64,000 nucleotides of DNA from a bacterium (lineage in GTDB: Bacteria > Patescibacteriota > Minisyncoccia > UBA6257 > JAGOQP01): NCBI GenBank assembly GCA_021814695.1, contig JAKAHY010000004.1, positions 24,481 through 88,480 on the forward strand, in the 5' to 3' direction. Of the stretch, positions 18,297 through 27,455 are shown one piece after another. The translations under genes and the position numbers were made by a program. The notes beneath the pieces were generated by a model. That model saw only the letters and a list, made by a program, of their open reading frames with translations. It made no database searches and was not told where the DNA came from. How positions within the stretch are numbered: the first letter of the stretch is position 1; every line of letters starts with the position of its first letter.

Positions 18297-20894
18297 TTGA
18301 TTTCAATGAATATTTTTTCGATTAAATCTAAACTAACTGCCGCAATATTTTTGATGATATTTGCGGTCTTGTTGTTTGTGGCACCGGCTAAATTGAACTT
18401 TGTGGGCTCATCTACGATTTCCGTTAATCAAGTATATGCGCAACAGACACAGGCCACCCAGGCTCAGCCGAATGCATCTGCTAAAGATCTATTAAGTTTA
18501 ACGCCCGTGGGACAAGCGGGGCTTGTTGTTGAGGCAATTCTTTATTTTATTCAAGCGGTATTGTATTTATTAATATCCATTACTGGTTTGTTATTTGGTG
18601 TTGCAGTTCAATTTAACTTGGATCTTTTGCAACCAGCTAATAATGTGGCGGTTTCGGTGGGGTGGGACATATTCCGCGTTATCACAAATTTGGGTTTCGT
18701 TTTGGGGATTATAATCATTGCCATAGGTACTATAGTTCGCAGCCGTTCGTATAGGGCTCAGCAGATACTCTGGCGTTTGATAGTGGCAGCTCTTCTGGTC
18801 AATTTCAGCTTAGTGATAGCAGGCGGAATCTTGCAAGTTAGCGATTCTCTAACTGGATATTTTTTGTCATCTCTGACAGGAACACAACAATATGATTTTG
18901 CCGGAGTAAATGTTCCACTCAACAGTCCCAATAATATGATAGTTGGAACTCTTGTAGCTGAGGTAACCGGATTCTTTAGGTTGCCAAATGTAGTTGTTCC
19001 ACAAGATAGTTCGGGCTGGTTTAATTCGTCGTTTCTAAAAGTTGCTAATGTAATTAGTCATGTGACGTTAGGGCCAACAATCCTTGAATTATTTTCTTTA
19101 GTCCTTACCGTTGTTGTGTTTCTCATCGTCTTTCTTACGCTGCTAGTTTTGTCTTTGCAGGTTTTTGTGCGTTATTTCTTTATAACCGTGCTTTTGATTG
19201 TTTCTCCAATAGTATGGCTGATGTGGATATTTCCATTCGGACAACGATGGTGGAGAGAATGGTGGAACCATTTTATTAAGTGGGCTTTTATGTTGCCTTT
19301 AAACCTGTTCTTTTTGTGGCTAGCTATAGCCCAACTTCAAGGGGTTATTTATGGGACTATGACAAAAAAAGTCACAAACCTCATGTCTTCCATGCAATAT
19401 GTCATTGGAGGGAATGTTGATTTTGGTTCAATTATGGGTTCGCTAATGGCCGTTGGTTTCATAATTTTAGGAATGAAGTTGTCACATAAACTTGGTATAG
19501 CTGCTGCAGATGGAGGAATAAAGATTGCTCAAAATGCTGGAAATAAAATTAAGGAAAAAGCCGCCAGAGGTGCTGGTGCCGGATTTGCGAGGGTTGGCGG
19601 TGGAGTAGCTGCAGAAACCATCGGTGCAAAGATGTCCACTTGGGCTGGTGCAAGAAAGGGGGCGGTAACGGGTTGGGTTGCCAGAGAAACCGTTGGCCGT
19701 GCGGGAAAGGGATTGATAGGTGTTGGCGCAACGGCGGAGAAAAGAAAGGCGGAACCTGTTTTTGGTAGGCCCCCCGAAGATTTTCTAAAAGAATACTCTC
19801 AGTGGACTCCTGATAGGCTAATTAAAGCGTATGCTGGCGCACCTCGAGAGCAACAGCTCGCGATTTTAATGACGCTAGAATCAAAAAAGAAGCTCACTGC
19901 TGAAAATGTAGAAAAACTTGGAGGAACAGAGGCTCTTTTGAATCAAGCTGATTATCTTGAAGGGGGCGGCAGAAAGCCGATTGCAGATAATATTAAAATC
20001 GCAATAGGAGATGATAGGACAACATATAATGCAAGAAAGGCGATTGATGCTATATCAGACCAGGTTGAAGAACGAAACGTTACCAAAGACGAATTAGTCG
20101 CGCTTGAATCTCGCCGTGCCAATCTTGAAGAACAATCCAAAACTTCACAGAATGAAATTGATAACGCTAATAAAGAACTCGAAGATGCTAGGGCAAAGGG
20201 TGATTTGAAGAGAGGGGGCGAAATTCAGGATAAAATTAGTGCTAGCAAAAAAGTTCTTGAGAGTGCAAAATCTGAAATTTCAACTATTAATTCACAGATT
20301 CAGCCCCTAAAAACAAAACTTGAACCTCTCGAAGCTGTTGTTGGACCACGCGAAAAGGAGCTTAATAACGCTAGAGCAAGTTTCAATTCCAAATTCAAGA
20401 AGCCAGAAGAACAGAAAAGGATTAACGAAGCAATATTCTCCAAGGAAGAGGAATTTGAGCAGGGCGAAGATGGCAAAGAGGGGAAGAGCAATCTTACCGC
20501 AGGTCAAAAACTTGATAGGATTGCTCAAGCTGAATTTATTAACTCAGAGCCGACTGGCCGCAGGCTACACGATGTTATTCCTTCAATGAACACTGACTCA
20601 AAATTAGAGGGGCTTATGAGGTCATTGGTTTTATCGGCGACTAAACAAAATCGGTTAACTGGAGATTTAAAAACTGCTTTTGATGGGGCTTTTAGAGGTA
20701 GTGGCAGCGTTAAAGATCTTATATACACAATGAAAAAATATGGAGTTCGTGATCAACGTCTTTTCAAGAGACTTGAAAAGCAGATTGACAGAACTATCGC
20801 TGGCGATTTGGGATTTTCTGAGAGTGGCACCAATAAAGAAAAGGAAAATGAGTCGAGTAAGGACGATGGTGGAAAGTCGGAGGAGAAAAAATAA
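18297..20894 (+). CDS. VirB6/TrbL-like polytopic membrane protein with a long coiled-coil/Gly-Ala-rich C-terminal extension
   Basis: 865 aa. After a signal peptide there are about 6-8 hydrophobic helices across residues ~60-400. The C-terminus is hydrophilic, with a G/A-rich segment (GAGAGFARVGGGVAAETIGAK...) and a K/E-rich coiled coil. The assignment rests on topology and context only. Confidence 0.4.
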   Translation: MISMNIFSIKSKLTAAIFLMIFAVLLFVAPAKLNFVGSSTISVNQVYAQQTQATQAQPNASAKDLLSLTPVGQAGLVVEAILYFIQAVLYLLISITGLLFGVAVQFNLDLLQPANNVAVSVGWDIFRVITNLGFVLGIIIIAIGTIVRSRSYRAQQILWRLIVAALLVNFSLVIAGGILQVSDSLTGYFLSSLTGTQQYDFAGVNVPLNSPNNMIVGTLVAEVTGFFRLPNVVVPQDSSGWFNSSFLKVANVISHVTLGPTILELFSLVLTVVVFLIVFLTLLVLSLQVFVRYFFITVLLIVSPIVWLMWIFPFGQRWWREWWNHFIKWAFMLPLNLFFLWLAIAQLQGVIYGTMTKKVTNLMSSMQYVIGGNVDFGSIMGSLMAVGFIILGMKLSHKLGIAAADGGIKIAQNAGNKIKEKAARGAGAGFARVGGGVAAETIGAKMSTWAGARKGAVTGWVARETVGRAGKGLIGVGATAEKRKAEPVFGRPPEDFLKEYSQWTPDRLIKAYAGAPREQQLAILMTLESKKKLTAENVEKLGGTEALLNQADYLEGGGRKPIADNIKIAIGDDRTTYNARKAIDAISDQVEERNVTKDELVALESRRANLEEQSKTSQNEIDNANKELEDARAKGDLKRGGEIQDKISASKKVLESAKSEISTINSQIQPLKTKLEPLEAVVGPREKELNNARASFNSKFKKPEEQKRINEAIFSKEEEFEQGEDGKEGKSNLTAGQKLDRIAQAEFINSEPTGRRLHDVIPSMNTDSKLEGLMRSLVLSATKQNRLTGDLKTAFDGAFRGSGSVKDLIYTMKKYGVRDQRLFKRLEKQIDRTIAGDLGFSESGTNKEKENESSKDDGGKSEEKK

Positions 20895-20908
20895 AAAAAT
20901 AATAACCG

Positions 20909-21967
20909 ATGTATCAACCAACACGGCAACAAGTTATCACGCAATGGGAGCAGATGCCGGACATTCTTCGTGAAGCAATGCACTCTTCCCTTACTATAGA
21001 CGAAATTGATAACATTCAGACAAATTTTCATCTATCAGATGATAAAAGTAATACATTGGCCCGATTGATACGCGGCGTATTTTATGGGCTCATACACACA
21101 GAGGATTTATATAAAGAAATCAAGGACTCTCTTCAAATTGATCCGCGGTTAGCATTGGATATTTATCACGAAGTAGATAAAAAAATATTTGAGTCATTCA
21201 GGAAAGAGATAGAAGATAATTTTATAAGATCTAAAATTGGGGCCATAAAAGAATCGGAGGTGCCAAAGCCAAAATCCGTTCCTGCTCAAGTTGTCTTAAA
21301 AGAAGGTCCTGAAGTTATTAATCTTAAGCCCGAATCTGCAGTTTCCGAAACCCCAACAAAGTTGAAAGTTGAGGGTGTTCAAAAACCGTCAGAACCGGCT
21401 CCAATGCCCATCGGTCAAATTAATATAAAACCTGAGCCGATTACTGTTATTTCTTCGGCAAGTCCCAAGCCCCAATTTTCACCGATTGCTCAACAATCGA
21501 AACCTCCGGTTGCGCCAGTCACTCCTTGGCAAAAACCGGATGTTCCATCACAACCAAAAGCTGAGCCTGTTGGAGCCACCGAAGGTCCGATGATTATCCA
21601 TCAAAAAGAAGAGTCAATATCGGTATCTCAAACTCAAGCTGCCAGTCCTTTTAGGCAGAATTCTTTCGGAGGTTACATGGGATCGTTTAGGTCATTTTCC
21701 GGCCAGGCGCCACAAGCTCCGGTGTCTTCGGCAAAAATAGAAATGCCTTCCGGACAGAAGCCGGTTTCGGGCCAAACCGAACAAAAGATTCCGGTGGTGA
21801 TAAAAAAATATGAAGAAGAGCCGGCAAAAACAATTCATTATAGCGAACTAAAAACTCCGGTTACGCCCAAGAAAGAAAGTATGCCGCAGACTTCTGCGCC
21901 TGTCGTTGCCAAAAAACAGCCACCTGAGGGGATGGTTAATCTGTCCGATCTTACGTTCAGGAAATAG
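20909..21967 (+). CDS. Hypothetical proline-rich protein
   Basis: 352 aa. An N-terminal helical region is followed by a long P/S/Q-rich, likely disordered, segment. No TM helix. Confidence 0.4.
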   Translation: MYQPTRQQVITQWEQMPDILREAMHSSLTIDEIDNIQTNFHLSDDKSNTLARLIRGVFYGLIHTEDLYKEIKDSLQIDPRLALDIYHEVDKKIFESFRKEIEDNFIRSKIGAIKESEVPKPKSVPAQVVLKEGPEVINLKPESAVSETPTKLKVEGVQKPSEPAPMPIGQINIKPEPITVISSASPKPQFSPIAQQSKPPVAPVTPWQKPDVPSQPKAEPVGATEGPMIIHQKEESISVSQTQAASPFRQNSFGGYMGSFRSFSGQAPQAPVSSAKIEMPSGQKPVSGQTEQKIPVVIKKYEEEPAKTIHYSELKTPVTPKKESMPQTSAPVVAKKQPPEGMVNLSDLTFRK

Positions 21968-22010
21968 CTCCTTATGCGCTTTTTTCCAGTTTTTGATATA
22001 CTATAGTTAT

Positions 22011-22538
22011 ATGGCTCAATTCCAAGTGCCTCAATTTCTCGATATAGAAAGTAAAATTGTCGGCCCTTTGACGCTGAAGCAATTTGCATTCATAGCGGCT
22101 CCATCACTTATTTCTTTCTTTCTTTTCTTTACTCTCAATACTGTTGTCTGGGTTATTATTGCGGCTATTTTAATACTAACCGGAGTTGCATTTGCGTTCA
22201 TTAAACTCAACGGTAGGCCTCTATATATTATGGCCATTCATGCCGTTACGTTTTTTTGGCAGCCAAAGACTTTCTTTTGGAAAAGGCCGTTGGTCCAGGA
22301 AGTGGTTAATGTTCCAACAGCTACGGTAGAAGCCAAGCGTAGCGCTTTGCAAACAGCCTTACAGGGGATTTCGGGAATATCCAAATTATTTCAAGATCTT
22401 ACAACGACCAAAAATCCGATACCCAAACGCGAGAAAGTGGTCCCTAAAAAAACAATAACGGAGATAAGAGAGCAGTACCAGGTTTTCAGACGGGTTAGCG
22501 GTGAACAACAAGTAGCCCGACGCGTCGATTATAGATAG
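22011..22538 (+). CDS. PrgI/VirB3-like small membrane protein
   Basis: I restarted the track ORF 21906-22538 at ATG 22011 (MAQFQVPQFLDIESKIVGPLTLKQFAFIA...). It has two adjacent TM helices and lies immediately upstream of VirB4, which fits the PrgI/VirB3 topology. The track's upstream start adds a Cys-rich leader with no support. Confidence 0.4.
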   Translation: MAQFQVPQFLDIESKIVGPLTLKQFAFIAAPSLISFFLFFTLNTVVWVIIAAILILTGVAFAFIKLNGRPLYIMAIHAVTFFWQPKTFFWKRPLVQEVVNVPTATVEAKRSALQTALQGISGISKLFQDLTTTKNPIPKREKVVPKKTITEIREQYQVFRRVSGEQQVARRVDYR

Positions 22539-22548
22539 AGCTTAGTGA

Positions 22549-23244
22549 TTGAAGATAAGGTGGTGTATACTTATAAATAATATGGCCGAAACAACAATCG
22601 CTCCGAATTCAACCCAGCAATTTGTAGATATTGAGGAAATCAAGGACGGTATCGTCCACCTTAAAGGCGGCGGATTGCGGTCCGTTATTATGGTTGCGGG
22701 AGTAAATTTTGAACTGAAATCGGAAGAAGAGCAGGACATAATCACCGCCGGATATCAGGATTTTTTGAATTCACTGGACTTTCCCCTGCAGATAGTTATT
22801 CACTCACGGAAATTAAGCATAGATAAATATCTAAAGTCGGTTCAAGAAAGGCGCGATCAGGAGCCGAGCGAACTTTTGCGTAATCAAATTGACGAATACA
22901 CGGAATTTGTTAAAGGTTTTGTCAAAGAAAACGAGATAATGACCAAGACTTTTTTTGTGGCGGTTCCTTATGAAGGAGGGGGTGCGGCATCAATCAAAAA
23001 AGGAGTCTTAGGATTTTTTGGAGGGAATAAAAAGAAAAATGCCAAAAAAGAAAAGGAAGAAAGCTTTGAACAACAATTAACCCAGCTTCGCCAGCGAATC
23101 GACCAGGTTTTGGGAGGACTTGAAAGAATCGGTTTGCGCGCGGTGGTGTTAAATGACGACGAGCTGACCGAGCTTTATTACAATTTATACAATCCTGAAA
23201 CAGTCGAGAAAAAAATTCCCAAAGAAGCAGGTATAAAACAATAA
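22549..23244 (+). CDS. VirB4-family N-terminal domain, encoded as an ORF separate from the ATPase
   Basis: 231 aa. The segment DGIVHLKGGGLRSVIMVAGVNFELKSEEEQDIITAGYQDFLNSLDFPLQIVIHSRKL resembles the N-terminal region of Gram-positive-type VirB4/TraE proteins. Its TAA stop is 2 nt before the downstream ATPase ORF, which is in a different frame. Confidence 0.5.
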   Translation: MKIRWCILINNMAETTIAPNSTQQFVDIEEIKDGIVHLKGGGLRSVIMVAGVNFELKSEEEQDIITAGYQDFLNSLDFPLQIVIHSRKLSIDKYLKSVQERRDQEPSELLRNQIDEYTEFVKGFVKENEIMTKTFFVAVPYEGGGAASIKKGVLGFFGGNKKKNAKKEKEESFEQQLTQLRQRIDQVLGGLERIGLRAVVLNDDELTELYYNLYNPETVEKKIPKEAGIKQ

Positions 23245-23246
23245 AT

Positions 23247-25004
23247 ATGGCGGAACAGATTAAAATAGTAAAACCATATACCGGAGGCGAAGCATCCGAT
23301 GTGCGAAATCTTATTGCACCCTCGGCGGTAGAGGTAGACCAAAATTACGTCAAAATCGGCAATAAATATGCCAAGACTCTCTTTGTATTTTCTTATCCTA
23401 GATTTCTTTCCGGGGGATGGTTTTCGCCAATCATAAATCTGGCAAAACTTTTTGATATTTCTATTTTTGTCCATCCTGTAGATACTGCCTTGGCATTGCG
23501 AAGCTTAAGGAAAAAAGCCGCTCAAATTGAAGCCGAAATCGGCGAAAAGCAATCCAAAGGTTTTGTGCGTGACCCGATGCTTGAGACTGCCTTTGCTGAT
23601 ATTGAATCTCTGCGTGATAATCTTCAGCAGGCGCGCGAAAGGCTTTTTGATGCAGCGGTTTACGTTACTTTTTACGCCGACACCGTCGAAAAGCTGAATG
23701 AATTGGAAGAAATAATTACCAATATTTTCGAAAGTAAAATTATCTATGTGAAACCGGCTACCTTCCAACAAATGGAGGGTTATGTGTCCACGCTGCCTTT
23801 GGCCGAAGACAAACTCGATATACAAACACCGCTGAACTCCGGTCCAATTTCTTCTTTTTTCCCGTTTGTTTCTATGGACCTGACTTCCGATACGGGAATT
23901 TTATACGGAATAAATCAGCACAATAACACTCTCGTAATCTTTGATAGGTTTTCTTTGGAGAATGCCCACCAGGTGGTGTTTGCAAAATCCGGTTCCGGAA
24001 AATCATACGCCACAAAACTTGAAATTCTGCGCACGCTGATGATGGGCACAAAAGTTATGGTTATTGATCCGGAGCAGGAATACAAAAACCTGAGCGATAC
24101 GGTTGGTGGAACATACTTTAAGATTTCTCTGACTTCCGACCAGCACATAAACCCGTTTGATATTCCGGTAATACCTCAAGGCGAAGATCCGGCCGATGTT
24201 TTTAAATCTCATATCTTAACTCTGACGGGACTGCTTAAAATAATGCTCGGAGATATTAGCGTGGAAGAAGAGGGTCTTTTGGACAGGGCGCTTACCGAAA
24301 CTTATGCATCGCGGGATATCATTCCGACAAACCCAAAATTTTTGGAAATTGAACCGCCACTACTTTCGGATTTGGAAACCGTTTTGAGAAATATGGAAGG
24401 AGGCAGACCGATGGCCGAACGTTTGTATAAATTTACCCAGGGGACTTATTCCGGATTTGTGAACCAGAAAACCAATATAGATATGAGCAATCGGCTGATA
24501 GTGTTTTCCATCCGCGATTTGGAAGAGGAGCTCAGACCGGTGGCTATGTATGTTATTTTGAATTTTATCTGGAATACGGTCAAAGCTAAACTTGAAAGAC
24601 GCATTTTGGTTATTGATGAAGCATGGGTAATGATGAAATATCCGGAAGGGGCTTCGTTTTTGTTCGCTTTAGCCAAGAGAGGGCGCAAGTATTATCTTGG
24701 TATCACTACAATTACCCAAGAAGTGGACGATTTCTTGAATTCTCCTTATGGGAAGCCTATTGTTTCCAACTCTTCATTGCAGCTTTTGTTAAAACAATCG
24801 CCAACCAGCATAGATACGATTGCCAAAGCATTTAATTTAACCGATGCCGAAAAGAATCTTCTACTTGAAGCGGGAATCGGTCAGGGACTATTCTTCGCCG
24901 GACTTAAGCATGTTGCAATCCAAGTAGTGGCATCTTATTTTGAAGATAAGATAGTTACGACAAAGCCGCAGCAGCTTTTGGATGAAGGCGGATCTCTTTT
25001 GTAA
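23247..25004 (+). CDS. VirB4/TrbE/CagE-family type IV secretion ATPase, core and C-terminal part
   Basis: 585 aa. It has Walker A FAKSGSGKSYATK, Walker B RILVIDEAWVMM (the DEAW motif typical of VirB4) and an N-terminal YAKTLFVFSYPRFLSGGWFSPI. The combined length with the upstream ORF is about 816 aa. Confidence 0.8.
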   Translation: MAEQIKIVKPYTGGEASDVRNLIAPSAVEVDQNYVKIGNKYAKTLFVFSYPRFLSGGWFSPIINLAKLFDISIFVHPVDTALALRSLRKKAAQIEAEIGEKQSKGFVRDPMLETAFADIESLRDNLQQARERLFDAAVYVTFYADTVEKLNELEEIITNIFESKIIYVKPATFQQMEGYVSTLPLAEDKLDIQTPLNSGPISSFFPFVSMDLTSDTGILYGINQHNNTLVIFDRFSLENAHQVVFAKSGSGKSYATKLEILRTLMMGTKVMVIDPEQEYKNLSDTVGGTYFKISLTSDQHINPFDIPVIPQGEDPADVFKSHILTLTGLLKIMLGDISVEEEGLLDRALTETYASRDIIPTNPKFLEIEPPLLSDLETVLRNMEGGRPMAERLYKFTQGTYSGFVNQKTNIDMSNRLIVFSIRDLEEELRPVAMYVILNFIWNTVKAKLERRILVIDEAWVMMKYPEGASFLFALAKRGRKYYLGITTITQEVDDFLNSPYGKPIVSNSSLQLLLKQSPTSIDTIAKAFNLTDAEKNLLLEAGIGQGLFFAGLKHVAIQVVASYFEDKIVTTKPQQLLDEGGSLL

Positions 25005-25006
25005 TA

Positions 25007-25825
25007 TTGCTGCTGGCTTTAACAGTTATGAATAACGACCAGCTAAAACTTACCGATTTTTTTGACCCGATTGTACAACTTGCCATCGGGTTGGCGGTTG
25101 CGGGCGATATTCTTTTTATAGTGCTGCCTTTACGTTATATATTCGCCGTTATTATCGGCATAGTTCTTTGGCAGGGAATGAAAGGATTTTTAACAAAATT
25201 CGTTTTTATTATTTGTCTTGTTCTGCCTTTACCGCTGATGACGATAGGAACTATATTGGGGATTATTCTTTCGAACGGAGTGGTAAGAATGATAGCTACT
25301 CAGGTTGCAATACAAGCCTTATCGGTTGCTACCGTAGGGGGAGCCGAAGTTCTTGAAGTTGGTGCTGTGGCGGAGACGGCTGCCGCCGGAGCGGAAGCGG
25401 TTGCCGGTACGGCAGCTGCAGCAGCCGAAGCGGGAGCAGTTGGGGCCGAGGCCGCCGCTGCCGGAGCTGAGGTTGCCGGTACTGCGGCTGAGGCTGGTGT
25501 TGGTGCGGTAGAAGAAGCAGCCGGAGCCATACCTAAGCCAGTGGGGCCTTCGGCACAGCCCCCGGAAATGCCGGGACCTCAAGCCCAGCCGGAAGAAGCC
25601 AAAAAACCATCCCTTAAAGAAAGGGCTAAAGGCAAAGTTGTTGAAAAAATAAAAGAAAAGCTTGCTGAAGATATCGCTGAAGAAGGAGGGCCAAGCGACG
25701 AAAATGAGAACGAAGAAGAATCCAATATAATTCAAGGAGAATTCGGAAATCCGGACATCAGTGATTTAGAAAGCCAAGAACAAGAAGAGGATGAGAATAT
25801 TGTTGATTTGAGGAAAGCAGCTTAA
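25007..25825 (+). CDS. Hypothetical polytopic membrane protein with an Ala/Gly/Glu-rich repeat region and an acidic tail
   Basis: 272 aa with 3-4 N-terminal TM helices. The region A(E/G)A(V/A)AGTAAAAAEAGAVGAEAAAAGAEVAG is encoded by a local GC-rich imperfect repeat (~25320-25520). The C-terminus is E/D-rich. Confidence 0.4.
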   Translation: MLLALTVMNNDQLKLTDFFDPIVQLAIGLAVAGDILFIVLPLRYIFAVIIGIVLWQGMKGFLTKFVFIICLVLPLPLMTIGTILGIILSNGVVRMIATQVAIQALSVATVGGAEVLEVGAVAETAAAGAEAVAGTAAAAAEAGAVGAEAAAAGAEVAGTAAEAGVGAVEEAAGAIPKPVGPSAQPPEMPGPQAQPEEAKKPSLKERAKGKVVEKIKEKLAEDIAEEGGPSDENENEEESNIIQGEFGNPDISDLESQEQEEDENIVDLRKAA

Positions 25826-25861
25826 TTCTAAGAAAAATTCATTTGTGTTATACTATATCAA

Positions 25862-26578
25862 ATGAACCGTTTGCTAAAAATCTCGGTAATATTTGTCTTT
25901 TCTATTATAATCGTGGCATTTGGCGTTAACTACGCTCAAGCGGCAGACCCGCAATTTTTGGTTTCGTGGAAAGCCGATACAAGCGCTCCACAATCATATA
26001 TGGGAAAAATTATGCCGGTAAGCGGATCTACTATAACCATTTCCTTTGAACTTATAGGCACAACCGGTAATCAGGCTGGAAAAGTTTTAGATCTGACAAA
26101 TAGCAATGTCCGTTGGTATATTAACGGGAATCTCCTTTCTCAGGGGAAGAATGAAAAGACATTTTCATTTATTACGGCAGACAATAATGATACCGAAACG
26201 GATTTAAAGATTTCGGCCGAGTACGCCGATCCGGTTGCCGGTTACAGTTATTTTGTGGATAAATACGTTACAATCCCCTTATCACATCCTCAAGTGGTAA
26301 TAAATCAAAATAAAATAAGCAGCTCCATTGCTGTCGGTTCGGGAACTCAATTGTTTGCATTGCCGTATTTTTTCAATGCTCTTATAAAAAATTTAAGCAT
26401 ACAATGGGTGGCTAACGGCCAAAATATTCCTATTGATCCTAAAGATCCATGGAATCTCAGCGTCAATATAGGTTCAAATTATATTTCCGGATCACAGGTG
26501 ACTATTTCGGCGGTTGTTCAGAGCATTTTTGATTCTTCGATTCAGGCACAAAAAAATCTCATTATTACGGTTCAATAA
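25862..26578 (+). CDS. Hypothetical secreted beta-rich protein
   Basis: 238 aa with a signal peptide (…NYAQA/ADP). The composition is that of a beta-strand-rich protein. Confidence 0.4.
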   Translation: MNRLLKISVIFVFSIIIVAFGVNYAQAADPQFLVSWKADTSAPQSYMGKIMPVSGSTITISFELIGTTGNQAGKVLDLTNSNVRWYINGNLLSQGKNEKTFSFITADNNDTETDLKISAEYADPVAGYSYFVDKYVTIPLSHPQVVINQNKISSSIAVGSGTQLFALPYFFNALIKNLSIQWVANGQNIPIDPKDPWNLSVNIGSNYISGSQVTISAVVQSIFDSSIQAQKNLIITVQ

Positions 26579-26579
26579 T

Positions 26580-27452
26580 ATGAAAAAATTTATTCGAAAA
26601 ACAATTTTATTGGCGGCTCTCATTTTTGTGATTGGGGGGATTTATAACTTTGTTTTTGCCACTAATGTCACGTTGGAATACCCCGCATTTACTCGAGCTC
26701 CGAGTCCTGCCGACATGGTGGGCCAGATTTATACCTATGCTTTAAGTATCGCAGGTGCGCTTGCAATTATTCGTGTCGTATATGGCGGAATAGTCTATAT
26801 AATAAGTGCCGGCAATACATCAAAACAATCCGATGCCCGGGATATTATTACCAGCGCTATCTGGGGATTGGTGCTTTTGGCCGGATCTTATCTTCTTTTA
26901 AATACCATCAATCCGGAAATAGTTCAGCTTAAAAATCCGAATCTTACTCCATCTGCTTTAATAAAAGGCACAGGGGGTCAAATTGGAGTTGTCCCAAGCG
27001 GAGGGTTTGGTGGCATCAGCGAGCAGTCGGCCCGTACCGAACTGACCGCCGGTTTAGTGCAGGTAAAACCCCAATGTTCTCCGGGACAAACTGCCTGCGC
27101 CACTCTTGATAATATCCAACAATCAACCGTGGATGAATTACTTGCATTAAAACAGTATTGCGATGCTCAGGAAGGCAGCTCTTGTAAAGTTTTGGTAAAT
27201 GAAGGAACTGGAGGTTCTCACAGCGAGACCGGAACGCTTACTCACGCCAACGGGTATAAAGCCGATTTAAATTACACCCCCAGTGATCCCCTGACATCAT
27301 ATATAGAAAGCTGGAACAAAGTCGGTCCGGCAAGTGTTCCTGCGGAGATACAAAAAGGCTGCTCAACTTATAGTTGTTATCAAAGTCCGACCGGAGCAAT
27401 TTATATGCTTGAGGGAGATCATTGGGACGTTACCGTTCCACCTAAAAAATAA
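26580..27452 (+). CDS. VirB2/TrbC-like pilin fused to a Cys-rich C-terminal domain
   Basis: I restarted the track ORF at ATG 26580 (MKKFIRKTILLAALIFVIGGIYNFVFA, a signal peptide). Two hydrophobic helices (IYTYALSIAGALAIIRVVYGGIVYIISAG and AIWGLVLLAGSYLLL) are separated by a short charged loop, which is the T4SS pilin topology. A ~170-aa extension with 6 Cys follows. Confidence 0.45.
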   Translation: MKKFIRKTILLAALIFVIGGIYNFVFATNVTLEYPAFTRAPSPADMVGQIYTYALSIAGALAIIRVVYGGIVYIISAGNTSKQSDARDIITSAIWGLVLLAGSYLLLNTINPEIVQLKNPNLTPSALIKGTGGQIGVVPSGGFGGISEQSARTELTAGLVQVKPQCSPGQTACATLDNIQQSTVDELLALKQYCDAQEGSSCKVLVNEGTGGSHSETGTLTHANGYKADLNYTPSDPLTSYIESWNKVGPASVPAEIQKGCSTYSCYQSPTGAIYMLEGDHWDVTVPPKK

Positions 27453-27455
27453 AAA

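Noticed and set aside
19549-21031. Cluster of 60-92-aa ORFs on both strands within and after the VirB6-like gene
   Set aside because: These are alternate-frame or antisense ORFs produced by the K/E-rich coiled-coil coding region (A/G-rich DNA). The main frame is continuous and coherent.
25300-25735. Minus-strand ORFs of 76 and 138 aa rich in Ala, Ser and Pro
   Set aside because: They are artefacts of the GC-rich Ala-tract repeat in the plus-strand gene 25007-25825. Their translations are pure low complexity.
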